Under the pieces are notes generated by a model. The model did no database searches. It had not been told where the DNA came from and saw only the letters and a list, made by a program, of their open reading frames with translations. A stretch of DNA of 63,970 nt, the filler included, from Klebsormidium nitens (taxonomy: Eukaryota; Plantae; Klebsormidiophyceae), in the NCBI GenBank assembly GCA_000708835.1. It is 5 parts of 5 records of this genome, joined end to end, with 100 filler letters (N's around TTAATTAATTAA, not from the genome) between each part and the next. Parts side by side here need not be neighbours in the genome. Positions count along the whole stretch, not along the records: positions 1 to 31,046 come from DF237370.1; 4 more parts are not named here. One strand, written 5' to 3'. The position numbers and the translations under genes were made by a program. Shown in pieces: positions 1-12,397 of this stretch (position 1 is the stretch's first letter; each line of letters starts with the position of its first letter).

Positions 1-289
1 ACTTAGAGCTATTGATTTTCGCCGACTAGGGCTTTGCAGCTTCCTTTCGATGTATCCTTTCATGTGCAAAAGACGGATCTCAAAAAGATGAAGCGAAGCT
101 CGAGCTATGCATGAAGACGTCTTCAAACCAGGGTTTTAGGGTTTTGAGTCGCGAATTAGGGAAGTTCGACCTTAATTGAAGCAGGACAGTGGTGGCAAGG
201 AAACGTTTTCTGCTCTTTTCCTGAGCGGTCGTGTCGGTGCAATTGACGGGTGACATCCGCAACCTCATTGTTTCAGCCTTTCTGGAGGA

Positions 290-3200
290 ATGTCTGGTTT
301 GTCTCGGCCACCGAAGCCCCGGGGTGCTCCTGGCAAGTCAAACATGGGAGAAGCGTCCCACACGTCAACACAGGAGCTGGGGCATATCGAAGAAGATACC
401 ATCACTGGCGATGAAAGCTCGGCGTCTCCAGAAGCGGCTGAGAGCAGAGCGACGGTTGCGGAAGCATTGACCAAGTGTGTCCTGCATTTTGTTCTTCCAT
501 TTTGTGATGATTGATGTACAGCCTCTTCCGAAGTTGATTAAAGTTTTTCTGACCTAGATCAGGGTGGTTTCAAGTGGTTGTGGCGCCCGCAGCAATTAAC
601 AATATCAAGCAAGGGCTGATTGGAAAGCTTCTCTTCCATCGAGTTCCAATGCCTCTGAATGCAGGATTGTGCATCGCTTTCACAACCTCTCTTGGTGCCA
701 CCATCTGAGCTGTGGTCACAAATGGTCCTCTCTTTAAACGTGAACGCTGCAACTCTTAAAACCAGCTGTCTCTTCTACATCTCATTGAATTGGTGTCAGA
801 AGTTCGGAGGGATTGACAAGCCAAGCACTATGAAAAGTAACACATACAAGCAGCAATATGGATGCAAGTAAAACATCACATTCTGGGAGATGTCAATTGC
901 ATTCTGTATATAAGCATACAAACATTGATGCGTCAGACCCTGTTCGATCATCTTCCTGGTGTCAATGCTGCCGAACGTGCCAAGCTTAGCTGTTTTGCAA
1001 ATGTGATTGCAATCCTCTACAAGCATAAGTTGTGTCTTCCTGGACAACCCGTTCCTGGAACTCAACGAAAAAGAAACGATCAGTAGGTCTATAACGACAC
1101 TTCGATTCGCGCCTGGTGCTGCTAAATGACCAATGCAACCACCGCACCACTGAAGGCACAGTCAAAAAAACACAGAATCGTATGCTGATTGAGTATTTGC
1201 ACCTTTTCAGCACGTTCCCTCTCAAATATCATGCTAATCAAAGCCAGAGTCCTATATGGATCACCAGATCTCATACCGGGGCGTCAAAAGACTTGGGGAC
1301 AGAAACAAGCGTGATTGACAAGACTCTTGTCCTTGCAGGCAAGCAGACAGCAGATATGGACCATTGCCTTGGAGCAACTACTTTGATGAGGAGAGGGATG
1401 TCGAGATTGCCGGCACTACCGACGTAAGCTTGTTGTCAATCTCCAATATCGAAGCATCTGATTAGTCTGTTGGTGGCTTTGCACTGGGTTGGTCTCCCCC
1501 AGAGCACTGCATAAGAGTCGCAACACTTGCAAACGACCTGGATGATCACCACTTCTTCGGGCATCATTACGTGCTCAGCTGCTTATCAAGCATCCGAGGT
1601 CCCGGTTGGCGCCGTTGTGTTTGAAAACATTGAGCGACCATTGCAGAAGAGTGGCCTCTTGGTTCCTCTGCAATCCCTGTACCAAACAGCCCACCTGTAC
1701 GAGTCTTTCTCTTAACATATTTTATACCCTCTGACTACGCAGGATCTATTGACCGACCACAAATTCTCACTCTGTCGAGTATTTTCTATTGGTTCACGGT
1801 AGTCTTGCCAATCGATTTCCAGATGTTCCACGTATATTCTGCGGGGAAGGAGGGCCCTGTTCTCTTATGCTTGCACGGAGGCGGCTATACAGGGTAAACA
1901 TCAATCCCCGTGTCTCAAATGTTTTTGCCGTTGCTTGATTGCTGTTGAAGCAATGCAGCTGTGCTTCTTCGAAACACCCTTTTTATACGTCCATCATCGT
2001 ACAACTCTCTTACGGTTAGCAGTGGACTGGCAAAAGAAAACAAAGGACGACAGGACAAGGCTTTATTGTCCCTTGTTTGATTTCCCTCCTGCCATAACTA
2101 TGGCTCGAAGCGCCGGTTGCCTATCATTTATGATGTCAAGGAGTTGGCACTTGCATACCGAACTCACAGGTAGGGACTTTGGTAGGTCACAGAAACTGGT
2201 AAACTTTCTCTACATGGCTTGACTTGGGCCAGCAGGGAAGTCTGTCCATTGTTTCATCCACAAAGCGTCTGTGCATGTGATTCTGCGGCAGATTTGATTG
2301 AGCACTTTGTTTTTCTTCGTCGCTGAAACAACGTTGGCACAACCCGTGAATGGACACTCAGTCGACGGGCAACAGATCAATGAGCCGCTGACAGGTGGCA
2401 TTAAGCGGGCTGTTAACACAACGATCCTTTGTTGAACTGTCAAGTCTATCTGCGAGAAATGTACGTGTCAAACGTCCTTCTTTCTGCAGGGTGTCCTTTG
2501 CCACGGCTGCTGCGCACATGAAGGCCACGTGTCGGGTCATTGCTCCGGACCTGCGCGGGCATGGTCGTACGCGCACGAGCGACGATGCGGATCTCTCTGC
2601 AGAAGTGAGCAGTTCGTTTCTACGTCCTGACATCACTGTTCCTCGTCGCTCTGTGACGATTGCATGCATATGACACTCTTAAGTAAAACGCAGAGCTCGA
2701 GCGTTCTGGCAATCATTACGACTAACGAACCGCTTATCAGATGAGGATCGCGAACATGTCCAATCTGCACGAATCGAACGACAAGAGCGTACGTGGGAGA
2801 AATTGTGGCCGCACAGTATTCAGATACCGCTGCAAACCTGGTGTTGGCAGTGCTGTAGCAGCCGAACGTTCAGAGAAGCGACGAGATGCTCATTAGTGGC
2901 AGCTTCAGAGCCATGTCTGCGTTTCCGTTTGGGCTTTACCTGGTTCTCAAACAGTCCGAAGCTCGTGATACGTGCGGTCGTGTGAGACTGGGCGCCTGGA
3001 AATCATTTGCAAATGTCAGAGCGGGGTCAAGGAGAATCAGTAACTTTAGGACCCGGACCGGGGGTGCTGTTGGAAGGGCTGACGTGGCGAGGTTTAGGGT
3101 TTTGACCTAGGCTTCCAGATCAATGATTGGTCGAAAGAAGCCTAGCCCAAGGGTTTCGCCTTAAACCCCGCCACGTCAGCCCTTCCAACAGCACCTCCGG

Positions 3201-6200
3201 CCCCGGTCCAGAAATGACTGATTCTCCTTGACCCCACTCTGTCAGTAGTCCGCCTCGAAGGTGAAGTCTGCACCCACTTACTCCAGATGCTTCGGACAAC
3301 GAGCGAGATGTCGGCTCCCCGTCAACTGCTTCCGCGTTGTGAGGAAAATGACGTCCTGAGACTCCGCTCTTGTTTCAGTGCAGACCTTGTGTGAGGACAC
3401 TGTCCGTATTTTCACGACGATGTTCGGGGACAAGAAAGAGGACCAGCCGCCAGTGGTTCTGATCGGTCACAGGTAAGACCGACGGATCGTTACTTTACAC
3501 TTTTTTAAGACGCGATTTTCATGCCGCTTGTTGATTCTGGCGCGTTGACCCTGGCCCCTGCGCATGAAAAAATCTCCCGCACCTTCTGCTCCTCAATGGA
3601 TTCGACAAGCCCCAGTCTGAAAGCGGAGGGAGGGGCGAAACTGAAGTGAGGGTACTAAACCTTTCGTCCCGTTACCCGAAGATAATATCGCATGCTGGTT
3701 CCTTCCGATCGTTATTTTGCCTCGGTGGGGTAGTCTATCATTCATATTTTAATCCACTGTGGTCGGCTGTTATCGATTGACCTCGTCGGACTTTGAAAGC
3801 TATCTTGATCTCCTCGAGTTCGTTGACTTTCCGGCTGGAAGCTGTTCTTGCTGGCAATGAAGAGACCCGTCCACGAGACCACGTGCTCAGAGGTTTGCAG
3901 GGTTCTAAGCCAGCACGCCCTGCTTTACTTTCGTTTGGAGTGGGAAGTACAAGACTTCGCCCCGATTTTGAGCCGAAGGTTGTGGCGCTCCTGTTCCCTA
4001 TATGCAGATTTCGGTCTCCACGATGCTCTTTATTTTGAATTGGTAATGTGCTAGGTTCATACTTGGATGTTTTGTAAGCCCACGCCCCCTCACTCTATCT
4101 CGAAGCTTGCATACTACTCTGTGGTGTCATCTCAGCCCGATTGCGTCGCTGCGTTGATGACAATCCTCTGCTTGTTGCCATCCGCTGGTTGAAGCATTTG
4201 CCTGATAGCCTGCCGCAATCGTACGAGACTCTCTTGAATAGGGAGGCTTGACCTCCTTCCTGGCTGATGCTGTCATCCAAAAGTGAATGAAGACGTACTG
4301 ACTGACCGAAAACAGAGTCAATGGCTACTCCACTGGCTGCGCCATCAAGTTCGGTGTGTTCACAATCAACTTCTTCACATGTTATGACTCCTGAATGATT
4401 GATTTGAGCCGATCATATTGCCTCGACTTTTTCTCTGACCGTATGGTCCGTTTTTCTCGTTGAGAGGACAAGCATGTCCTTCTTGATATGTTATTTGCCC
4501 GGGTACCTTACTAGCTCTGACTTCAGAGCTGACACAGTAATATGCTCGGATAGTTCTTTTCATGCGCAGAAAAGGCTCGTCACCCAGCAGCTGTTCCACT
4601 CTCATTGAAAATCAGCTTTACTAAAGCCGGAGGACAACTCACTGTCTACCTTGCGCCCGTTTTGCGCAAAATCTCATATGGAAGTGTTTGTTTGTTTGGA
4701 GAAAATGACCTGTCGGATCTGTGCATATGTATCTGATGGCGGCGACTTGCTGGGTCTTTGCAGATCAAGCTTTCCGTTGTTTGAGATTATTATGTGAAGT
4801 GCTTGGCAATGAGAGCGTCGTCCTTTTGAGTTGAACAACTCATGTAGGGAACGAGGTTTCTTGATGCTGAGAGCCTGCGGACGCATAGAACAATGATTTC
4901 TCGTTGCCCAGCCTCCACACTCCGTATCCTTTTATCACCAGTCACGACCCTCCCTTGGAGAAATGATATGACTCACGTCACTCTGTTTGCCTTCTTGGAA
5001 TGTGTTTTCGGAGACTGGTAACGAACTCCACTCGCTATGAGCTGCAAGATTCATGGAATGTCCGTTTCCCTCTTGGCGTCCTTCGAATCAAGAACATTCG
5101 CTTCCGGGTGCAATAGTTGCAACCGTTTCATGGTTGTCCGAATCCCATCGGAATAGAACATTTGTACTTCGAGTCACTGGTTGGACCCCGCCTGTGTATA
5201 AGTACCCCGTGTATGACGGTTGAGATCGGTGAAGAGCTCGTTAAACCTGCCGCTGTTCCTGGCCGTTTTAAACAAAGTCGAATTAGCATTCTGCGATGAA
5301 GCCCACACCTGTTTGGGTGACTTTTGCCAAAGTCCTTAATTGACTTTCTGATGCAAGAACTCTGATCTCTCCCGAGGTTTCGCGACTCTGAAATACGGTG
5401 GAAAACGGCACACTTTTCTGCTCTTGGGCTTCTATATCATCTCGACGTATGAGCAGAGGGTCATCCGACTTACAGAGGTTTTGAAAAGTCAGGCACGAAT
5501 TCTTTTACGACTGTCGCTCGACGGAGAGCGACGTTTCCTTTTGTACAAGAAGTCCTTCCCTTGGACGGTTGTTGCACCCCGTCGAACGTCTTTTCTTCTT
5601 TAGCATTGACGGAGGCGCCTCTCATCATGTCGGACTTCCGTTCTCCAGGAGCACTTTTTGCTATCTACAAGTTGCAGCTGCAGCTGCTTTGTGGCTGAAA
5701 GGCTTTGCAACCGAGAACCCTTTGCTGCATGTCGGCGCCAACTCGATCTGGGTCCTTTTTGGTGATGAGGAGAAAATGCTCCAAACCTGGGTGCTCGCAT
5801 CCAGTGAGATCGCGACCGCTCCGATGCCAAGCTTAATGGATATGCGTCTGAGGGTATATTCTCTGGCTGCAACCGCATCTGGGTTTGCTGCTTTTCGTGA
5901 AATAACATTATTCTTCTTTGACCGGGCACTACTGAGACCGGGGCTGGGCGGCCGTGTAGAAAACACACAACGTCCTGAGAATCAGTTCACTGCACAGAAG
6001 CTTGTCAATAAAACCAAACGGCCGTCATCATGTGCGCAACATCTCAGCGTTCCTGTTTAGAATTTTGTCCAGGCACGCTTATGGAGATCAGCGTGAAGGC
6101 ATTCTTGTTCCAGAGACGATGCACTTATCTTCGCCTGTGCTTCGCACCTTTTGACATGATCGACCGAGGTGTTCCGCTTTCGCTCTACTTTTGGGATCTG

Positions 6201-9200
6201 CCTCTATTTCGCTCAGTACAACGAGTCTGTCTTCCGTCTCGTCTTTTTCTTTGCAGCGTGCTATTCTGCGGTATTCGACCAGTGGCTTTGCTTCTGCGTT
6301 CGCATTAGTTTTGCTGCGATCGGATTTTGCTGGTAATGAAGAGTACTCCCGCTGGGTTTTTGAATCCAGAATGGACTCTGGTCCTGCTGTCAGATCCAGT
6401 GTGGTGCTGCGCTCTCAATGAAACGTTTCCGATCTGCTTTCAAGGAGAGTAGCAACGTGAGGGTTGGCATGAAAACGGGTTGCTTCCGGGCTCATGTCGG
6501 ACTCCGGCCCCAAGTCCGCGTCATATAAGCTTGCCTCGCTGCAAGCTTATGCTTGTAGCATTTATGCACTTCTCGAGATCCTCAAAGACTACGACTTTGC
6601 ATTCAAGCACGCGGGCAATTCCTTGAAATCCTTCCAAAGACACCCCCCGAACCAAAAGTCTACCTTGGCGAGGTGTTCAGTCGTGAAACGGCCCCTAGCT
6701 GGGGATACTCGAATAACACTGCTGGTCTTTGACTGAGGCCGAATGACTGTGCCGATCTCAGGGTATCTGTTGGGTCAAGCCTGCTCTTTCCCCTTCCCTG
6801 CGCAAATGCAGATTGCTTGAGACGAACCGGAACTAAGATAAGGAAAGAATCCTTCACTACGAGACGGCTGACGACCTTCTTGGGTAAGCAGATTGATACT
6901 TTTGATTCAATAAACCCTACCACTTTAATTGATCTCTCGACTCCATTTCCCCCTCTGCAGCATGGGAGGCGCCATCGCAGCCCGCACGGCCGCGCTCCGC
7001 AAGCTACCAACTCTCGCCGCCCTTGTTGTCATCGACGTCGTGGAGGTAAGCTTGGGCCCCTTCATCTCACATTCAAGATCATGTTTTCGACGAGAGTGTT
7101 CGATAGTTTCAACTAAGGCGGGGAGTGTAGGTTATCGTCGAGATTCATGAAGTCCGCACCCAAGGAACTCAGAGTGGCCGTGCAACATTTTGGGTGCGAG
7201 ATTGAGGGGCCCGAGAGGCCGCAGCATACAGCCCTGATAAAGAAGCTTGATGTTAAGGATTCTTGGAGCGGAGCCTGCTCAAGTACTGCCCGCTGCTAGT
7301 TCGACCTTCGATCCTGAAGTCCTTCTACTTTTTCTTTTTGCGCTAGTGTTTGTGTGCTCTTTAGATGCACTCAGTAGATCAGCTTTCTCCCGCATTCACT
7401 GCGCCTATTCTGAGTTCTATGCTGAGCTCATGTACTGCTCGTTGAAGCACTCTCTGGTTGTCACAGGTTCTGGATAGCCGACCTCTTGGGAATACGTTTC
7501 CTCGAACATACATTGTTGAACCGCTGCCCGAGACCTCCGCGAAACGCAGGACTGCTCAGCACGACGGCTCGTTTCCGCAGATTTCAATGCAGAGTCAAGC
7601 CATTTATGAGCAACTGAGAATGCCAGTTCAATTGCATAAGTACCAAGACGATCAGAACCCCAATCCACAAATTGCAAGTGTTTGCGATTGATCTGAAGGG
7701 TGCGGTGTGATCTCTATCCAGGGCACCGCAATGTCCTCCCTGGCTTTCATGCAAGGCGTGCTGGCTCAGCGGCCGTCGTCTTTCCCGTCACTCGATGAGG
7801 CGGTAAGGGGGTGCGACGAAGTGGAGTACTCAGGACTTGGACTTCTGCAACCGTTCTTTGTAATTCCAACGTCCATTTGTCAACGAGGCTGCGCTTTCTC
7901 TTCTGAAAGGACGCCGGATGTACATTGGTCATCTGTTTCTTGCAGCCTGAATGCAGATGGACGTTCTTTTCGTCAGCTCCCTCGCCGCTGTTTCTTCGGA
8001 AAAACACTCCTTATCGAGCTAGCCATCTAGCAGCGCATTGAGTCTTGGACAGTTTTGGTTGAGAGAAGCGGCTTCTTTTCTCTACTTTCGGGCTACTCCA
8101 AGTTTGACCCGGGTACCCGGCTACCCCTCTATTGCTCGAGTACGCTACACCTTATTTGTAAGACGCTAATACGCCTGGGGCTCCGTCAACGTATTGAAGC
8201 TGGCCGACCGTCCTTGGACTCCACCTCAAACCCCGCAGTTTGAACAATTATGTTACTACCGCTTTATCCGTTTGGGTTCACCCATCAGTCCAACGGACTG
8301 CATGAGTCTGCTTGATCCCCCTGCTTTAAAAAAACACCCCGCTAGTTATCCTGTACTTTTGATCCTGGGTTTACGCTGGCTGCCTAACCGTCCCACATTG
8401 GTTTTTGGTCCCTGGCTCTGCTGACCGGCCCTCATTCTACCTAATCATCCTTGACCCTTATCAAATCCACACGTCTGTGCGCAGATTCGGTGGGCTCACA
8501 GAACTAGCGCCGTCCGAAACGAAGAGTCCGCCAGGGTGTCCGTACCCTCCCAGATGGTCCGAAAAGAAAACCCTGAACGGTGATTTTCATTTTGATGACC
8601 CTAACAGTCTCGTTTGCTCTTCTTCTGAGGTTGATGCGAGGTATTAGGCTGATCGGTGATCGTTTTGAACAACCCTCTGCTTGCTCTTCTTCTGAGATAA
8701 GTGAGGTGTTAGGTTGATATGAGATTTCGATCAAGCTGAGAATGAGACAGGATCGAGATCACGCCTTGAATATTTCCCGATAATCTGGACGTGTTCGGTG
8801 AGTTTTCGGGCGAGTGTCTCGAGCATTTGCTTGCTTGTGTTGGGGCTGTCTCGCGTACTGCTCTTTCCGTCATCTCAGTGAAACGCAGGCGCATCTTTGA
8901 TTTGTTTCCAGTCAGCCCGTACTCGAGAGCTGTTTGTAATTTCAAAGATAGTCGTGAGGGAAACCCGGATACGTGGGCCGATTTTTTGCTCGTTTTGTAG
9001 CAAAGCGGACCTGTAACGATTCCGGCGTACTTCGCCCTGTGATTCTTGTACGGGCACATCTAGTTCTGCCAACACATACAAAAGTTCGGACCTCATCAAA
9101 CTGGTTTCTTTTGCAAGGACCCACGGTCGCCTCTTCCCAAAATCCACTGTCTACGAGAAACCTCCTTAACCCGCTTTGTTTCGTAGACCCTTACCAGACC

Positions 9201-10743
9201 TTGTCACTTTCGTTAACCCTGCTTATCTCGTTTAACGCCGCAGGTACGAGTGGCGGGCGCAGCTGAAGGAGAGCGAGCCCCACTGGGCCGGTTGGTACCA
9301 GGGCCTCTCTGACGTCTTCCTAGCGGTCCCTGTGCCCAAACTCTTGCTGCTGGCGGGAACGGATAGAATGGACAAGTAAGCAACATTAAGTCCACTTCCA
9401 CGCTCTTTTGGAGGACGGCTTATGTGTTTACAGGACTTCCAAAAGGCTACCGTGGATCTCTGTGCCCAAACTCTTGCTGCTGGCGGGGACTGATAGAATG
9501 GACAAGTAAGGGCAAAATCTGAGTCCAGTTTACCTTCCTTTGGAGGACGGTTTATGTGTACGAACGGACGTCCAAAAGGTTTCCGTCGGTCTCTGTGCCG
9601 AAACTTTTGCTGCTGGCGGGAACGGACAGACTGGCCAGAACCCTCGAGATCTTTATCTTAGCTATTTAACTACAGAATCCGCAAAAAACTGAAGCAGTAA
9701 CATCAAGCCCGCTTCTTTTGCAGGCCCCTGACAATCGGTCAGATGCAGGGCAAGTTTCATCGCAGAGCCGAGTCCAGAACGATGAAGCCGGAGTCCAAAG
9801 CGCTGAACGTTTTGGACGCTAAACTCAGAATATTACTTTCTTGCAGACCCCTGACGATCGGCCAGATGCAGGGAAAGTTTCAAATGACCATCTTCAAGAC
9901 GGCGGGCCACGCCATCCACGAGGACGAGCCGGAGCAGTTCTCAGAAACCGTGCTCGGGTTTGTGTCCAGGCACCGGATCGGCCAGGGCGCTCTTGAGGTA
10001 AGCTTTTCGTGACGGGTTAAGGTCTACTTCTCAGAGTTTTATTGACTGAGATGCCAGGCTAAGAATTGGGGGTTTTGGGAGACCTTTGTGCTTACACGGT
10101 CTACCTTCTTAAGGTCAAGAAACCGCATCAGACAGGGCGCCCTTTTGAGGTAAGCCTCGTTAGATTACGCCGTTTCATCGGCATGGTTTGTGACCTTGTC
10201 AGCCTAGGTTCGTTATTGTAGCTTCGGAAGATACTAAGCAACCTATGAGTATCGTAGTGGAATGCACCTAAGTCGGCTGCTTGCCAGTTGGTGTTTTTAA
10301 GTGCACGGAGGAGGGTCAATGCTCAAAAGGTGACTCTGCTGCCATGGTTACCCGGGTAACCATGCTTTAAACCCAAATTAACCCTGCCCTTTGCTCTCAC
10401 CCAACCAAGCCGTTAGCTCCTGACCCTCGCCTATAAGGAAGGAGATCTAGGTGTTTGAAACCGTGTGCTGTAGGGTTCCACAATCCTGTTCTCAGTGCTT
10501 CGTGTAAACGCCGTGAGGATGGGGTGGAGTATTTCTTGTTTGTGGCGGGATTATCGGTTTCACGAATCAGGCACACGACCTGGCGACCCAGATACTTCGT
10601 GTAACAACAACGTTCTTCTCGAGCGCTGGTGGAGATCTCCTTTTGGGTATCCGGCAACCCGGAGTCTTTCATTAACCACTGGTAACGTCCTTGTTTTGCA
10701 GATCAGTGCTTTGAAGTGGGGGAGCAAGACTCTACATCGCTGA
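290..10743 (+). CDS. PPME1: Protein phosphatase methylesterase 1 (PME-1, alpha/beta hydrolase), 11 exons: 290-474, 1339-1423, 1823-1893, 2490-2604, 3384-3472, 6961-7045, 7722-7802, 8485-8579, 9244-9375, 9847-9997, 10702-10743 (1131 nt, 376 aa)
   Basis: GT-AG exon chain with consistent phases. It gives YGPLPWSNYFD, GPVLLCLHGGGYTG, VIAPDLRGHG, nucleophile GHS|MGG split by intron 5, VIDVVEGTA, RNEESARVS, PKLLLLAGTDRMDK, GQMQGKFQ and GHAIHEDEP. First and last exons are less certain than the core. Confidence 0.92.
3015..3242. repeat. ~100-bp imperfect inverted repeat (fold-back) in PPME1 intron 4
   Basis: 3015-3114 (gtcagagcggggtcaaggagaatcag...ctgttggaagggctgacgtggcg...cctaggctt) is the reverse complement of 3138-3242 with scattered mismatches; loop ~23 nt. 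Confidence 0.85.
9325..9640 (+). repeat. ~130-bp tandem duplication (2.4 copies) of the PPME1 exon 9 3' end and splice donor
   Basis: tgtgcccaaactcttgctgctggcggg recurs at 9331, 9461 and 9594 (tgtgccgaaa variant). The first two copies keep gacaa|gtaag. Confidence 0.9.
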
Positions 10744-12397
10744 TCGGGGGATGGCAACAACGGATGACTCAGCAAAAGTCGCTGACTAGCTTGCAAAAGT
10801 CAAAATACATGGAGATTAGTACCGTAGCGTCTACTACCTGGTCGGGCCCATGCACTTGTATTCTTCTAGATACTGTTTATTAGATTCGTCCTTGAATTAT
10901 TTTGTTCATCCTCACTGAGTCAGCATTTGTACATCCCCCCTCAGGCTGGCGTACTAACATGTTACACGCTGCCAATGTTTCGACGCATGTACCAGTGCGT
11001 ACACACAAATACACTCGAAACGTAGCATGCATGATTGATGCTCACGTATGAATGCGCGCGGCAGCTGGCATGCTTATAAATGTATGCCACAGCTAGATGG
11101 ATACATTTGTGCCGCGCCCGATCAATTGATATTTAAAATCTTCCGCGCGACAGGATAACTAATCTGCTCGTATTCGAATAAATGATCGACCTATAGAGTA
11201 GTAGAGACGGTCGGACGGTTTTAGCTAGGCAGATCGATAAACAAGTCCGGTGAATCCGCATGCGAGAGGTTGCATGTCAGATTAAATGTACAGCTCAATT
11301 GAAGACATGGCGGCACTTCCCATAGAGCACGCGGCGCGGACCCTTTTACAAAGATCCCCGCTATCTTCGAGCTCAAAACGCAGTGCGCGCTGGCCGGTTA
11401 AGGTATCCGCAAAGTGTTTGCTCAACCTGCATGGCAAATGCTTCGTTAGAGAACCTAGGAGTGCCGACTCGCGGAAGCCAGTTCCTGCTCATGAAATCCT
11501 GCTCAAAGTAGCTAGCCTAGGCTAGCCAGCTCGCAAACCCTGTGCCAATGGTTCGAATCGTTAGCGGCTTCTCGAGTAGAACAATCCTATGTGCTCGACT
11601 TACAGCCTCTAGGTAAACAGCCAGGTCGGCGCCTTCTTTCCTTCACTGGTCGAGGAAACTGATAATCGATGCGCAGGTGCTCATTCCAATTTCGGAGCGC
11701 TGGTCAGCCAGATGTGGTACTGACCTTCGACTTGACCCACCAGAAGCTACAGATACGACGAATCTAGCGATCAAGCCGTTGCTCGACATGGTTGTCAGAC
11801 TGAGCTGAGCCGCGTGAAGAGGCACCTTCAAAGATTCTGATTGAACTGCGGGCTCGACTAGGCCAGGTCATAGAATCTTTCCAACTTCCTTTGTCGAAGA
11901 GTCGTTTAGAGACTTTCTCTGGAATGGGAGCCCTTGGAATGCTGCAGACAATCTGCCAGCTCATATAGCCCTGACTCTAAGCAGGCAAGAAAGCATTTAA
12001 AAGCGCTACCCTGCTTTTCTCGTCAGTATCGACTGCTCCGAGACTGCTCCTCAGCAAAGTGATGGCGGGCTGATAAGCAAGGAATCGACATCACGGTATG
12101 AATATGCTTGCAACCTCGTGGAACGTATGATAAACAAGCTTAGCTTCGACGCGATTTCAAATCCATTTCGAACCAGTGACGTATCCAGACACGTCTCAAG
12201 GGTTTAGCTGACCCTATGCGCGCATGCGTGGCGCGCCTGCGCCAACCGTCGGCGCCCGTCCCCCAGCGCGCGCGCCCGGCGTGCGCTCGCGAAGTGAAGT
12301 AAACGGACCGCGCACGCGATGCCTTCGGTGTAGCATGTAGCGGGTAGAGTGTTCGACTTTTGTCTGCAATTAGGTTTTGACGCCCTACCAACACGCC

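Noticed and set aside
134-144. TTTAGGG telomere-like motifs (also ~3093 and ~56222)
   Set aside because: One or two units only; not a telomeric array or evidence of chromosome fusion.
10343-10364. Perfect 22-bp palindrome CATGGTTACCCGGGTAACCATG in the last PPME1 intron
   Set aside because: Isolated, with no TSD or second copy seen; no function can be supported.
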